DNA of 64,000 nt from Eledone cirrhosa (Eukaryota), in the NCBI GenBank assembly GCA_964016885.1, contig OZ024742.1:15996001-16060000 (forward strand), given 5' to 3'. The notes under the pieces are model-generated. The model ran no database searches, had not been told where the DNA came from, and was given only the letters and a program-made list of their open reading frames with translations. Position numbers and translations under genes: made by a program. Below, piece after piece: positions 1 to 14,085 of this stretch; the first letter of the stretch is position 1, and each line of letters opens with the position of its first letter.

Positions 1-65
1 GAACAATTATATGAAAGACGTAAAATAAGAAAATTATAAAAATTAACTTACTTACTAAAATTTCA

Positions 66-146
66 CTCCAACTAATTAGTTTCTGAAAGGGAATAAACAT
101 GGTTTCCAAATGGAACACATGGAGAAGGCCTTTCGTCATCAGGGAA
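66..146 (-). ncRNA. Type I hammerhead ribozyme, family A (minus-strand copy)
   Basis: Reverse complement of the 906-986 motif: tcatcag at 136-142, tttc at 80-83, palindrome actaattagt at 71-80. Confidence 0.65.
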
Positions 147-905
147 GTCTATTCTCAGCTAAGTTCCCAGGCAATGCGTGGACACAGGGAACTTATACAA
201 AAATAATTCAGTGGATGGAAAAAAGCAAGCGTGGACTAAGTTCCAAGACATTGAAAAAATCACTGCCTACTTGGTCGGTGGCAAATTCAAAAGAATCAAT
301 CACGTGACATCGAGGTTAATCAGTGAGGAATGGGGTGTTAAGATGACAGTAGCCGAATTATTACTATGAACTATAGTAGCAGTTTTGGTAAATTTTTGCT
401 CAACAAAATAATTTGGAGATAATTATAAAGAATTAGTATATCTACCAACATATATATATACAGATGCAAGTAAGTTAATTTTTATAATTTTCTTATTTTA
501 CGTCTTTCATATAATTGTTCTGCAACCCCATGCATTGAACCACAAAGTTACTAAGACAAAACTTATATATTTGCTAGCATAGGTATGCATCTGTATATAT
601 ATGTTGGTAGATATACTAATTCTTTATAATTACCTCCAAATTATTTTGTTGAGCAGAACTTTGCCAAAACTGCTACTATAGTTCATAGTAATAATTCGGC
701 TACTGTCTTCTTAACACCCCACTCCTCACTGATTAACCTCGATGTCACGTGATTGATTCTTTTGAATTTGCCACCGACCAAGTAGGCAGTGATTTTTTCA
801 ATGTCTTGGAACTTAGTCCACGCTTGCTTTTTTCCATCCACTGAATTATTTTTGTATAAGTTCCCTGTGTCCACGCATTGCCTGGGAACTTAGCTGAGAA
901 TAGAC

Positions 906-986
906 TTCCCTGATGACGAAAGGCCTTCTCCATGTGTTCCATTCGGAAACCATGTTTATTCCCTTTCAGAAACTAATTAGTTGGAG
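906..986 (+). ncRNA. Type I hammerhead ribozyme, family A, extended helix II
   Basis: ttcc-CTGATGA(910-916)-c-gaaagg...cctttc-a-GAA-ACTAATTAGT (palindrome)-T-ggag. Helix I is UUCC/GGAG (4 bp, one G.U), GUU site at 982. Confidence 0.65.
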
Positions 987-1043
987 TGAAATTATAGTAA
1001 GTAAGTTAATTTTTATAATTTTCTTATTTTACATCTTTCATAT

Positions 1044-1092
1044 CTATATATATATGTATATACATATATATATGTATATATATACATATATA

Positions 1093-1148
<56 letters not shown>

Positions 1149-1296
1149 ACCAATATATGTAAGCATGTATATATGTTAGTTTATGTCTCTCTCTCTATAT
1201 ATATATATACATGTGTGTGTGTGTGTGTTTACACACCAACATATATACGTGCGTGTGAGTATATATAGCTGTATACAGGAGATATACACTACACAA

Positions 1297-1370
<74 letters not shown>

Positions 1371-1550
1371 ATGTATATGTATGTATGTATGTATATGTAT
1401 GTATGCATGTATATATATATGTATGTATGTATATATATGTAATATATGTATGTATATATATGTATGTATGTATATATATATATGTATGCATATACATGTA
1501 TGTATGTATATATATATGTGTATATATATATATATGTATATATATATATA
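1044..1550. repeat. Compound (TA)n/(CA)n/(TATG)n microsatellite
   Basis: Directly visible; source of the YI/HT/CV-rich pseudo-ORFs. Confidence 0.95.
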
Positions 1551-2280
1551 AACGGAAAAAATGAAACGAAATTTCATTTCCCACTCTTAGTACGGCTGGC
1601 AGTTAAATATAAGTATGTACACGTACATACATATATGTATACAGACATACAGTAGTATGTATATATACATACATGCACACATATATATATATGTAAGTAT
1701 GGATTCACCGAACATTTATTATAATTCTCGGTGTGTTTGTAAACAAACATCCCGTATTAAGCCTCGTTTGTTCAACACTGACAAAGGAACGCTGTACTAG
1801 TTTCAATCTTATTAGCTATCGTCAGTAACGTATACCTTCCTGCCAGATTGTTGAATGTATACACTTACCTTATGCACATTAACGGCTGAGTAGCCCAATT
1901 TGCATATCGAGTGGGTTAATCGGCCGGGTGCACCGAAAACGATAAACGGAAAAAATGAAACGAAATTTCATTTCACACTCTTAATACGGCTGTTACTTAA
2001 ATATAAGTATGTACACGTACATACATATATGTATACAGACATACAGTAGTATGTATATATATATATACATACATGCACACATATATATATATGTACGTAT
2101 GGATTCACCGAACATTTATTATAATGCTCGGTGTGTTTGTAAACAAACATCCCGTATTAAGCCGTAGTGTCCAGCAAACATCGTTGCTCGTTTGTTCAAC
2201 ACTGACAAAGGAACGATGTACTAGTTTCAAGCCGATTAACCCACTCGATAACCTACTCAGCCGTTAATATGCATAAGGTA
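1551..2280 (-). mobile_element. HHR-bearing repeat family B, ~1.6 tandem monomers plus a short inverted tip
   Basis: aacggaaaaaatgaaacgaaatttcatttc at 1551 and ~1946; ctagtttcaa at 1797 and 2221 (424 bp apart). 2231-2280 is inverted relative to ~1866-1925. Same family at 16740-17470 and 57601-57827. Confidence 0.75.
1789..1831 (-). ncRNA. Hammerhead ribozyme, family B, degenerate copy
   Basis: Minus strand reads acgtta-CTGACGA-t-agct-aata-agat-t-GAA-ACTAGT-A-cagcgt. Mismatches in the first helix I pair and in helix II relative to the 17158 copy. Confidence 0.65.
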
Positions 2281-2281
2281 A

Positions 2282-3045
2282 TATAGACTTGGGAGTAACC
2301 GTGGACAGCAACATAAGCTGGGCCACGCATATAAGCAGCAAAGTTGACATGGCTCGCAGAATGTGTTCCTGGATCCTCAGAACCTTCCAGTCGAGAGATT
2401 CCTACACCATTATCCTTCTCTTCTCCACTTTTGCCCGACCACACCTTGAATACTGTTGTCCACTGTGGTCTCTCCACACGAAACAAAGTATCATGAAACT
2501 TGAAGCTCCCCAAAGGGCAAACACGAAAAAATAGATGGCATGTCAGACCTTGACTACTGGGGTCGACTAGAAAAGCTGAAACTTTACTCACTCCAACGTC
2601 GCCGTGAGCGTTATATTATCTGCATGATGTGGAAAATGTTTCATCAGCACTGCCCAAATGATGTTGGCATCACCTTCAAAATACACTCAAGGCTTGGGCC
2701 CCGTACTATCCGTCCCAAACAAAAATCTAAATCGCAACTCATAACAACAATACGGCACAATTATTTCACCTCAATTGGCCCTGCTCTCTTCAACATCACA
2801 CCAGGACACGTCAAAACAGAAACTGACCACACGAAATTCAAGAAGTCTTTGGACAAATTCCTCCAAGTAATCCCGGACAAACCACCCACACCCGGATATG
2901 TCTCCGCAAACAGTAATTCTCTTCTGGGATGGGCCATGGTGCCCAAATCCTGAATTGAAACACTTCGCCAGGTGGTGCTATTAAGTTAGACATGGCCTGG
3001 GCCAATACTGGCCAAAACATTTCAAAGTTATTCAAAGTTATAAAG

Positions 3046-3047
<2 letters not shown>
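2282..3047 (+). mobile_element. 5'-truncated CR1-like LINE, RT C-terminus and 3' end, frameshifted
   Basis: DLGVTVDSNISW..HI, RPHLEYCCPLWS and LKLYSLQRRRER motifs (ORFs 2289-2534, 2540-2953); short tandem ttcaaagtta tail. Confidence 0.85.
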
Positions 3048-4632
<1,585 letters not shown>

Positions 4633-4731
4633 ATACTCACAAACATATTTACGTGCATGTGAGTACATACATCTATGTAGAGGTGATTAAGTGGGTATAT
4701 ACACCATCCTGTATCAAAGAAGAAACAACAA

Positions 4732-4763
<32 letters not shown>

Positions 4764-4988
4764 CAGTCAAATAGTCGAACAATTTTCATCATAAAATTTA
4801 TTTCCCTAATGGTGAGAATTTAAAAGGAAACATTTAAAGAGTTTCTTACCTCTATAGATTCACATACGTTAACCAGAAATATAATCACTACCATTTCTAC
4901 ATGTTTAAACATATATCAATATATATGAAAATACATATGTGTAAATTTAATAGAGCCAAAGTGGTGCTCCAGACTGAGCTTAACCTTT

Positions 4989-5303
4989 CTGTTGTTGTTG
5001 TTGTTGTTGTTGTTGTTCTTCTTCTTCTTCTTCTTCTTCTTCTTCTTCTTCTTCTTCTTCTTCTTCTTCTTCTTCTTCTTCTTCTTCTTCTGCCCACTTG
5101 TTCCTGAGAGGGTCGTGGGAGGCAGAGTACTCAACCAGAACTTCCAGTGAGTCCTGTCAGAGGCAGCAACCGTGTCCAACTGATCCGACAGGATCCCCAA
5201 TCGAGATCAACCGAGTTTATAGTTTTGCACGTAAAATAATCTGTCCTGAGACATTCTAACCCCATGTCCGTAGTATTAGAGCTGTGATCTCTCAATTCTG
5301 AGA
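4989..5303 (-). mobile_element. Probable RTE-type LINE 3' tip with (AAG)n(AAC)n tail
   Basis: Minus-strand peptide LDTVAASDRTHWK resembles the RTE ORF end (A.DR..W) and runs straight into a trinucleotide tail at 4989-5090. Confidence 0.55.
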
Positions 5304-5352
5304 TGTATGTATGTATGCATGTATGTAGGTATGTAGGTATGTATGTAGGTAT

Positions 5353-5833
5353 GTCAGGTCGCTCTCGAGTGCTACTGGTAACATGTAACCCAGTACAACC
5401 TGTCACATGGTCGGGTCGTCGACGACTAAACCGGTAACCCCACCAAGCTTGCTTGGTGAGGAGGGCGAAGGTACTCAGTCAACGGCCATCCAAATATTGT
5501 TTTTCTTTTTTTTCACCTGGAAGCGAAAGACCCCCAATTATTGTCACAACACCCTTCTATAGGAGGGAAACTGGAAAAAAAACAAAAAACCCTGCAGCTT
5601 CAGAAGCATGCGATGATGTTGACCAGTTCTCCTTTTCAGGTAATGTTTTCGATGCTCAGAAAGTGGGATTGGTCGAGTACAAGGCCTTTCTCCGCTTAAA
5701 AAAAACCTTCAAAGCACAGACATTGCTTGTTCAGGATATGTTACAGGTTCATATGGCTGGCCGTAGCCTAAAAGTGCACCATTTCCTGTAATCTAACAAG
5801 CAATTGTAATACTCTTAGCAGAGTTTGCAGCCA
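5353..5833. mobile_element. Non-coding structured retroelement (family S) between (TATG)n tracts
   Basis: Shares the gtc(a/g)ggtc...tactggtaacatgt...gactaaac start and the actc..gagt..gcagcca terminal hairpin with 6701-7298, 15264-16061, 52813-53418 and 60111-60717. Confidence 0.7.
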
Positions 5834-5886
5834 TGTATGTATGTGTGTATGTAAGTATTTATGTATGTATGATTTATGTATGTATG

Positions 5887-6608
5887 TTCTGGTTTTATAA
5901 TTTCACAAAGTTTTACCAATAGAGAGAGAGTCGATTTCTAACATAAACACAAGACTCTCTCATTGGAATTTACACAACATCAACTAGGTAGATATGTATG
6001 TATGTATGCATGCATGTGTAGATATGGATGTTATTGTATGTGTGGATGTGTATGTTTGAGTTGTATGTGTGCATGTGTATATGCTTTGCATCTGTACATG
6101 TGCATATGCAGTTATTAGATGCAACATTTTTGGAATGTTTTACATATTTTTACTGTTTCATTAATGGATTGCTCTTGTAATTTCCTAACTAGTTGTGTTC
6201 TTTCTGTTCCTGTGAAGCCTAGCTTCTCAAGATTTGTATTGAGGTAGTTACTAACATATCCAAGTGCCCCAATAATCACAGGCATAAATCTGAAGGTGTA
6301 ATCAGGGTAGAGTATCTGCAGATTTCTCATCAGTTCTGCATAAATATTCTCCTTTTCACTAATCTTTGATATTATATTGGCATCTGCTGGGCAGCTAATT
6401 TCCACTACTGTGCATGCTTTCTTCTCCCTGTCCCATATCATAATATCTGGTCTGTTATGCCTGCATTTTATTGGGGCTTTTACTGGAACATTCCACCAGT
6501 ACTCTTTCATATTATGTACATGGATGTCTTCCACATTTCTGTAGCTTTTAATGTTTTTATTATCGAGGCTATCTTTTTTACGAACTCTATTGTACAGGCC
6601 ACTACATC

Positions 6609-6610
<2 letters not shown>
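5887..6610 (-). mobile_element. R4/Dong-type (RLE) non-LTR retrotransposon, 3' fragment
   Basis: ORF 6115-6534 has KCRHNRPDIMIWD..VVEISCP, the PD-(D/E) restriction-like endonuclease motif. The 3' UTR abuts a TATG repeat. Confidence 0.88.
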
Positions 6611-6639
<29 letters not shown>

Positions 6640-6700
6640 TGTATGTATGTATGTATGTATGTATGTATGTATGTATGTATGTATGTATGTATGTATGTAT

Positions 6701-7298
6701 GTCAGGTCACCAGTTGGTGCTACTGGTAACATGTATCCCAGTACAACCTGTCTCATGGTCGGGTCATTGACGACTAAACTGGCAACCCCACCAAGGTTTC
6801 TTGGTGAGGATGGTGACTTTGGACATCCTGCAGGACTAAAAACAAAACCTGTCAAAGGAGCTCTTAAGAGCCAATGGCCATCCAAAATCACCGGGAGAGA
6901 TGACCCCTTAGCCTTTGTCAAGGCAGAATTCTAGAAGGAAAACTCTGATATAACACCTGCAACCCTGATTGTATCCAATGATGTTGACTTGTTCTTCTTT
7001 TTGGTAAATATCATCTTGGTTAAGAGAGTGGGACTGGCTTTGTGCAGTGCCTTTGCTCACTATAAAGGCTTCACGGAACAGGCATTGCTTTATATCTGAA
7101 GATCTCTCTGCACTTGTCGTCACATGGTACCATGGGCTCAGCATTATGTGTCAATAATCGTCACAAGTGTAGTGTTTGTACCAGAGTTTTCAAGTCGCTG
7201 GCTGGAATAAAAAGTCACAATCGTTCAGCGCATCGGTAGGGGTTCTCCTACATGGATATAAAGTGGTGGCCGTACTCGAAAACGAGTTGGCAGCCACC
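6701..7298. mobile_element. Family S non-coding element (~600 bp) bounded by (TATG)n on both sides
   Basis: Near-identical to 60111-60717; terminal hairpin ggtggccg-tactcg-aaaa-cgagt-tggcagccacc. Confidence 0.8.
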
Positions 7299-7365
7299 AT
7301 GTATGTATGTATGTATGTATGTATGTATGTATGTATGTATGTATGTATGTATGTATGTATGTATG

Positions 7366-9778
7366 TTCTTCTGGTTTCATAATTTCACAAAGTTTTACCA
7401 ATAGAGAGAGAGTCGGTTTCTAACATAGACACAAGATTCTCATTGGAATTTACACAACATCAACTAGGTAGATATGTATGTATGCATGCATGTGTAGATA
7501 TGGATGTTATTGTATGTATGGATGTGTATGTTTTGAGTTGTATGTGTGCATGTGTATATGCTTTGTATCTGTACTGTGCATGTTTTCTTCTCCCTGTCCC
7601 ATATCATAATATCTGGTCTGTTATGCCTGCATTTTATTAGGGATTTTACTGGAACATTCCACCAGTACTCTTTCATATTATGTACGTGGATGTCTTCCAC
7701 ATTGTTGTAGCTTTTAATGTGTTTATTATCGGGGCTATCTTTTTTACGAACTGCATTGTACAATGTTTAGGCCACTACATCATGCCTCATAGGTAGATAG
7801 TACCGAGATGACATTTTTCGACAGCTGCTGATGACATGGGTGATATCCTCGATGTTAGTTCTGCAGAGTCTGCACTTGTTATCACATCTAGGTGTTTTGC
7901 CTGCATCCCTATCTCTTTTGTGAATCAGGTATTTCGTGCGAATCTCCTGTTCCTGTATTGCAAAAGCGTATCCTTCAAAGTGGGAGCCAATATAGCGGTT
8001 GTTGGTCCAAGATAGACTACTTTCCTTATCTATATTACTCTCACTCTGGAACTTTCTGGCAACATATCCATGCATGATTTTTTGCTGATAGGCATGCAGT
8101 TTTCCATCCATGGATTCACTGCGATCCTGCTGAGCGACTTCCCTGGGTGTGAGTTTTTGATTATCACACAGGGAATACCTCTCGAGGAGTTCCTTCCCAA
8201 CTCTCATGAACTTATCTGTTTCATGCAGATAGACTTGCTCGAGAGACGGGATCCTACGCTTCGAGGTTCGTAGATGTTGTCGGAGGGATATGATGCGACA
8301 ATCAAATGCTGTCTGGGCTGATGTTAGGCCTCTCCTCCCTGCTTATGTTTCAAGTAAAGGCGGTCTATGTCACTGTTGATGTGGAAGTTTCCGGTGTTGT
8401 TTAGTATTTTTCGAGTTCCAACATCAATCGCTCGGATTTCGTCTATCATCCAATTGAGTATTCCAAACGTTGGTGTTAGGACAGGCACAGCAAACACATT
8501 GTGAGCCACTGTTTTGTTTTGCGCAGAGAGTTCCGATGACCAAATCTTTCTTAATCGGGTGTAGTATTCCCTGGTTACGCGTTCCTTATTACAGTTACCA
8601 TTATAGGATATGTTCTCATCTATCCCCAGGTATCTGTAACAGTCCTCAACAGATATTGGTGAAATAGTTAGGCCATTGATGACAATGTTGCTAGATTGGG
8701 TTGTTGTTTTCCCCCGCTTTACAGTCATATATGAGCATTAATCTTGGCCAAACTCCATTCTGATATCCTTTGAGAACGTTGTAACCAGGTCAAGATTTTT
8801 CTTCATCCCATCCATGTTCTTGGCATAGAGTTTCAGATCGTCCACAAATAAATTATGGGTTAGGTTCGTATTTCTGTCCTCCTGTGAGCCAATGATGTAT
8901 CCCTCACATTTCTTGAGCAGAAAGGACAAGGGGTTTAATGACAAGATGAATAATATCACAGAGAGACTGTCCCCCTGAAATATACCCCTGCAATATTTTA
9001 TTTTATCAGTGAAAATAGAGTCCTCCCCTCTGTCTTTAACCTTAGGATAGTAGCACAAGAAGAAGACAGCCTCTCTATGACTGACAATAATGTCTGGGAC
9101 TTTAGCAAGTTGGAGGGCCTCTATCATCCAAGAGTGGGGAACAGAATCGAAAGCTTTCCTGTAGTCCAGCCAGACTGTAGCCATATTCCTCCTCAGTTGT
9201 CGCACCTCCGACATCACAGTTTTGTTGGCACATCGCCAAACCCCTTTCTTTCCAGTTGTTTGTTCATCTGTGATGATGTTATTATTTTCACAGTGATCTT
9301 GGAGGAATAGGTTCAGGCAGGCTGTATACATCTTATACATCAGGTACTGGCATGCAATGGGTCGGTAGTTTTTTGCCAAGTGGGTGTCTTTGTTCTTGGG
9401 GACCAGTAACGTTTGCGCTAATGTCAACCATTCTGGTATAAGTGTATCTCCCTTAAGAACATGTTGGTAGAGGTCAGTAAGATACCTCCGATAGAATATT
9501 AGTTTTTTGTACCAGTAGCCGACAATCATGTCTCTTCCTGGTGTTTTCTTATCTCGCAGTTTTCCTATCACAGTCTCAAGGGTACCCTCACTTATTTCGT
9601 ATGTTTTTGTTGTAGTGTAGGAGCAATAGATCTTTCGGATTTCTCTTAGCCACACTGCATCTTGGTTGAAATTCTTCTTTTCACACCATATTTTTCTCCA
9701 AAAGGAATCTATGTCTTTCTGGGATGGGGCCTCAGTGACACTTATTATTTTGCCCTTCATATCTCTATAGACCGATGT
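7366..9778 (-). mobile_element. R4/Dong-type RLE retrotransposon, decayed (RT, CCHC zinc knuckle, RLE)
   Basis: NYRPIAC, WLDYRKAFDSVPH, GIFQGDSLS, LFVDDLKLY (8738-9778); CRLC..EDITHVISSC and RHD (7767-8207); RPD (7464-7763). Frameshifted, and both ends lie in (TATG)n. Confidence 0.92.
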
Positions 9779-9850
9779 TATGTATGTATGTATGTATGTA
9801 TGTATGTATGTATGTATGTATGTATGTATGTATGTATGTATGTATGTATG

Positions 9851-9940
9851 TTTTCTCTTTCTCTTAATTTCGAGTATATTTTTTTGACCGGCCACCTTCC
9901 TGGTGGCAAGGTTGTAAAAGAAAAGAAATTGTCATCCCTT
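9851..9940 (-). mobile_element. 3' UTR tip of a second RLE family, between (TATG)n tracts
   Basis: Matches 60807-60899, which is attached to an RLE-coding fragment. Confidence 0.75.
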
Positions 9941-10084
9941 ATGTATGTATGTATGTATGTATGTATGTATGTATGTATGTATGTATGTATGTATGTATGT
10001 ATGTATGTATGTATGTATGTATGTGTGTATGTATGTATGTGTGTATGTATTTATGTATGTATCTATATATATATATATATATAT

Positions 10085-11711
10085 GTCAGCCCGGAGGTGC
10101 GGGTGGGGTTGTCGTTCTGCTGCAAAAACATCTGGGTCTCGCAACACAGATGGTACATTTGGACCCGGAGGGTCGACTAGTGGTTCTGGACCTTGGCAGT
10201 GGTAAAAGCGGAGCGTTTAGGTTGGCGGCCGGACTTCTTCCATCGTCTGGAGACTTTTCTAGGGACGTCCCGCTCCTTGTTATTAGTGGGGGACTGGAAT
10301 GGTATCCTAGATGCACGTTGGGACTACGTAGGGGCCTGTCCCGATAGAGAGGGGTGTAACAGCCTCAAAGGGTTAATCGGTCGATTTGACCTGGCCGATA
10401 GATATCGACTAGATTTTCCGACTGCGCCAACCTGGACTTGGGCAAATCGTAGCGGATCATCTAGGTCGTACCTAGATAGGTTCTTAGTTAGAATTAAGGA
10501 TAAGGACTTTTTAAGTTGTCCAAAAATGCGCATGGTTGGCTATTCAGACCACAAATTAGTGACCTGCATGGTCAACCTTGACAGAACTCATAGACAGGGA
10601 CCCGGTTACTGGAAGCTCAACTTGTCCTTACCGGCAAGTAAGGCTTACAGGGACAGGAGTAGCACTTTAGTTAAGGAGCGGTTGACGGGCACCATCATCA
10701 ACAGCAGGTGGTGGGGATCTCTCAAAAGAGAGATTAGAGTAGTCTCTATAGAATTTAGTAAGGAGTTAGCCTCAAATAGAAATAGGAAGGAAAGAGAGCT
10801 GGTAGATAGTGTAGAAGAGGCAATTAGAAGCGGCGACGTGGCCAGAGTGCTAGCGTCGAGAACGGCCCTGGGCCAGTTCTTCGACGCGAAACACGAAGGC
10901 TGCATCGTCCGAAGCAAAATACGTGCTCTGGGAAACGAGGGGACCAAAGCTGTTAGCTGGGCCCGCGTGACAGAAGCCAAAAGAGGGAGCAGATCCACTA
11001 TCCGGTCTTTGCGAGACCAGGATGGACGGGTGATCCTTGAACCTAAGCAGATGTGCGAGGCTTTTCAAAAGCACTTTGCCGGATTGTTCGGAAGGGGCGG
11101 GGAGCCGGTTGGGGATGTGGACTTCGGTCCATACCTCGACGGCCTGCCGCGTCTCTCGGACAGGGAGGCGAAGTCCTGCGAGGAGCCGATTTCAGCCGCT
11201 GAGATAGAGGACGTGCCCAACTAATGCGGCAAACGCAAATCCCCGGGTCTCGATGGTCTTCCATACGAACTATATCTAGCTATGCCGGACTTGTTCCCCG
11301 ATCTCCTCGAGGCGGTCTACTGCAACTGGCAACAGAACGGGAGCATTCCCTGTGCTATGACCAAGGGCGTAGTCACGCTAGTGAGGAAGGACGAGAACAA
11401 GGGGGACGATATAAATAATTTCAGGCCCATAACTCTGCTAAATACAGAGTTACAGATTTTGGCCAAGGTGCTAGCAAAGAGGTTGGCGCTTGTCGTGGGT
11501 AACTTGATGGGAGATGCGCAGACATGTGCTATCCCGTCCAGGTCCATCCACGACAACCTCCACCTCATGCGATACATCATAGAGAGGGTTGGGAACGAAC
11601 CCGGCTTTGGTGGGGCTCTGATCAACTTGGATCAATCTAAGGCATTTGATAGGGTCGACCATGGTTACCTGGATGCGGTGCTAGCGGCTGCAGGCTTCGG
11701 ACCCGTTTTCA
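10085..11711 (+). mobile_element. L1/Tx1-clade LINE ORF2 fragment (APE endonuclease and N-terminal RT), frameshifted
   Basis: GDWN, TWTW, SYLDRFLV, SDHKLV, GPGYWKLN (10193-11224); PGLDGLPYE, FRPITLLN, LDQSKAFDRVDH (to ~11711). Confidence 0.92.
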
Positions 11712-12598
11712 TAAATAAATTTCCCCTTCTTTCAGTAAATGAAAATACTCGGCATGGCTTAATTCGCCATGGGGCCCGGGGCGCGGCCGTTGTTTTAACC
11801 GCCAAATAGTACCTTTAAATTACAGAACAAATCGGAACTATTATATAATTAATTGTTAAACTGTTGAACTTTAAATTTTCTAACCTCTTTAATATTGAAT
11901 ATTGATTATTAAATTTTTTTAACTTCATGCTAGAAGTCTAAACACTGTAAAACACTGACTCCCAATATATTCATCTCCGCTAAGATGCGGGTCCCTGTGA
12001 ACATTTTCTCGCGCCACTCCTGGCTTGACTGTGGTCTGACATTAATATCGACCTTTCTTCCTCTTCCTTCCTTTCTATCTTCCTTCTTGTAGCCATTAAC
12101 CCTTACTTTTCTACTTCTCTCTTCCCTTCCTTCTCTCCTCTCCTCCTCCCGCAGACTTATCTTCCTTCCCCCTCTTGCTTGCCTATATCTGACCAGTAGT
12201 AGTTACCTTCCTCTTTTAGCTGACATTAACCCTGACTTCTCTTCTTCTTTCTTCCCCCTTCTTCTCCTTCCTTTCTTTCTTTCTTTTACCTTGTGTCATG
12301 GGATCGACGTTAACCTATGCTCCCATCTCTTTCTGTTTTCGTTCATCTGACCGGTAGCAGCATACTATAAAATTTAGCCACGTCACTCCAGGGCGACCGG
12401 CTGAGGTTGAAGGAACAGAATAGCGGTCGCCCTCGGGTCCCGATTTTCAGCCCCATGGATTTTACCTATTACATTCACGTATTATATTTCGAATACCTGA
12501 TGATATCACCGGATTCATACGGAACCCGGTCATTGAAATGATCATAGTATAATAAACCTTTCAAGGATTTACACAAATCCAGCCTCCTGTCATTTCAT

Positions 12599-12600
<2 letters not shown>
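11712..12600 (+). mobile_element. Putative Penelope-like terminal region / pLTR (family C)
   Basis: Pyrimidine-rich tract, TATAAAA at ~12366, agggcgaccg/cggtcgccct hairpin, HHR, AATAAA at 12551, then (TA)n. Boundaries approximate. Confidence 0.5.
12493..12550 (+). ncRNA. Type I hammerhead ribozyme, family C
   Basis: atac-CTGATGA(12497-12503)-t-atcaccgg...ccggtcat-t-GAA-ATGATCAT (palindrome)-A-gtat; AUA site at 12546. Confidence 0.8.
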
Positions 12601-12666
<66 letters not shown>

Positions 12667-12670
<4 letters not shown>

Positions 12671-13110
12671 TAAATCATGTCTATAGAATTATTATTATTA
12701 TTGGATATCTAAAAATTACGGATGAAACCATGGTAGAGATATAGTTACGGTATGTGCACATTTCTTCTAAGTTTGAATTTACACCTAATTCTGTATGGTT
12801 GATTGTATATTTGGTCAGTTTCTACATGCTGTCGAAATGTTGGATAAATACTCTATTGAGGCCGCCGCGAAGAGGCTACGTTCGGTTATTTGTCGGAGAT
12901 TTCTTCATAGGAGCCTTTATCCTTATAGCTTGGTCTAATTGATTTTTTATATGGTTAATTATGCTGATTGGCAGAGGAAATGGTATATATTTTATTTATC
13001 TAATAATTCTATAGACATGATTTATGATATATTGCTCTGATTATTTAATTTATTAATTATTCATAGAGCCACAAAGTAACCGGTTGTAACATATATAACT
13101 TTATGTATAT
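12667..13110. repeat. Unclassified dispersed repeat with a 28-bp inverted tip
   Basis: ~12700-13028 is homologous to ~56985-57318. 12667-12694 is the reverse complement of 13001-13028. Confidence 0.7.
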
Positions 13111-13357
13111 GTAAACCTTTATATATATAAAAACAAATAACGAAACGAAATTAAATTTCGTTTCGCTTCTAACTCACTTTTGTATGACTGACGCTTAAAC
13201 AATTAAGTTAAAGTGTACATCTACATATGTATACGGAAGTATTAGTATGCATATAAATACACACATGTATACATATGTACATGTACTCAGCTTTTCACTA
13301 GACACTTTACAGTGAGTGTCAGCTAGTCTGTATGTAACCACACAGGCGGACCGGGTT

Positions 13358-13394
13358 TTGCTGATGAGATGTAATAACATCGAAACTAGTCCAA
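13358..13394 (+). ncRNA. Hammerhead ribozyme, family D, copy 1 (helix I clipped to 3 bp by the inversion junction)
   Basis: ttg-CTGATGA-gatgt-aata-acatc-GAA-ACTAGT-C-caa. Confidence 0.8.
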
Positions 13395-13822
13395 TATTCC
13401 TGTCTGGCCCTCTGGAGAATAGAGGAAATGTGTTTCCTTGAAAACTCGTATGACTCTAAAACCCGGTCCGCCTGTGTGGTTACATACAGACTAGCTGACA
13501 CTCACTGTAAAGTGTCTAGTGAAAAGCTGAGTACATGTACATATGTATACATGTGTGTATTTATATGCATACTAATACTTCCGTATACATATGTAGATGT
13601 ACACTTTAACTTAATTGTTTAAGCGTCAGTCATACAAAAGTGAGTTAGAAGCGAAACGAAATTTAATTTCGTTTCGTTATTTGTTTTTATCGTTTCCGCT
13701 GAACCGGTGCGTACAATGACTCACGTTCTATGCAAATTAGTCTACCCACTACTAATTTTCATAGAAAAAGCATATAACGATATGTGCTTTTACAATTCTC
13801 CAGAGAAGCCGGAAGATGGGTA

Positions 13823-13867
13823 AATATTGCTGATGAGATGTAATAACATCGAAACTAGTCCAATATT
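13823..13867 (+). ncRNA. Hammerhead ribozyme, family D, copy 2 (textbook core)
   Basis: aatattg-CTGATGA-gatgt-aata-acatc-GAA-ACTAGT-C-caatatt: 7-bp helix I, 5-bp helix II, palindromic helix III, GUC site at 13860. Confidence 0.92.
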
Positions 13868-14085
13868 CCTGTCTGGCCCTCTGGAGAATAGAGGAAATGT
13901 GTTTCCTTGAAAACTCGTATGACTCTAAAACCCGGTCCGCCTGTGTGGTTACATACAGACTAGCTGACACTCACTGTAAAGTGTCTAGTGAAAAGCTGAG
14001 TACATGTACATATGTATACATGTGTGTATTTATATGCATACTAATACTTCCGTATACATATGTAGATGTACACTTTAACTTAATT

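Larger units (their letters stand above)
1..1043. mobile_element. HHR-bearing non-coding repeat, family A (Penelope pLTR / retrozyme-like), inverted plus tandem copies, ~531-bp monomer; runs off the left edge
   Basis: ~10-467 is the reverse complement of ~586-1043 with scattered mismatches. 468-520 is the reverse complement of 1-53. aagtaagttaatt recurs at 468 and 999. Each arm carries an HHR motif and the element ends in (TA)n. Confidence 0.75.

Noticed and set aside
110-942. Duplicated 63-65 aa ORFs as real genes
   Set aside because: They are mirrored only because of the inverted repeat, run antisense to the HHR and have no recognisable domain.
913-1800. YI/HT/CV/MYVC-rich ORFs here and throughout, and poly-T/V/L/K/R ORFs at 4897-5200, 18786-19121 and 51908-52534
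   Set aside because: Translations of microsatellites.
12703-12742. GAAACCATGGTA palindrome as an HHR 3' half
   Set aside because: No CUGANGA upstream, and the palindrome is not conserved in the 56990 copy.
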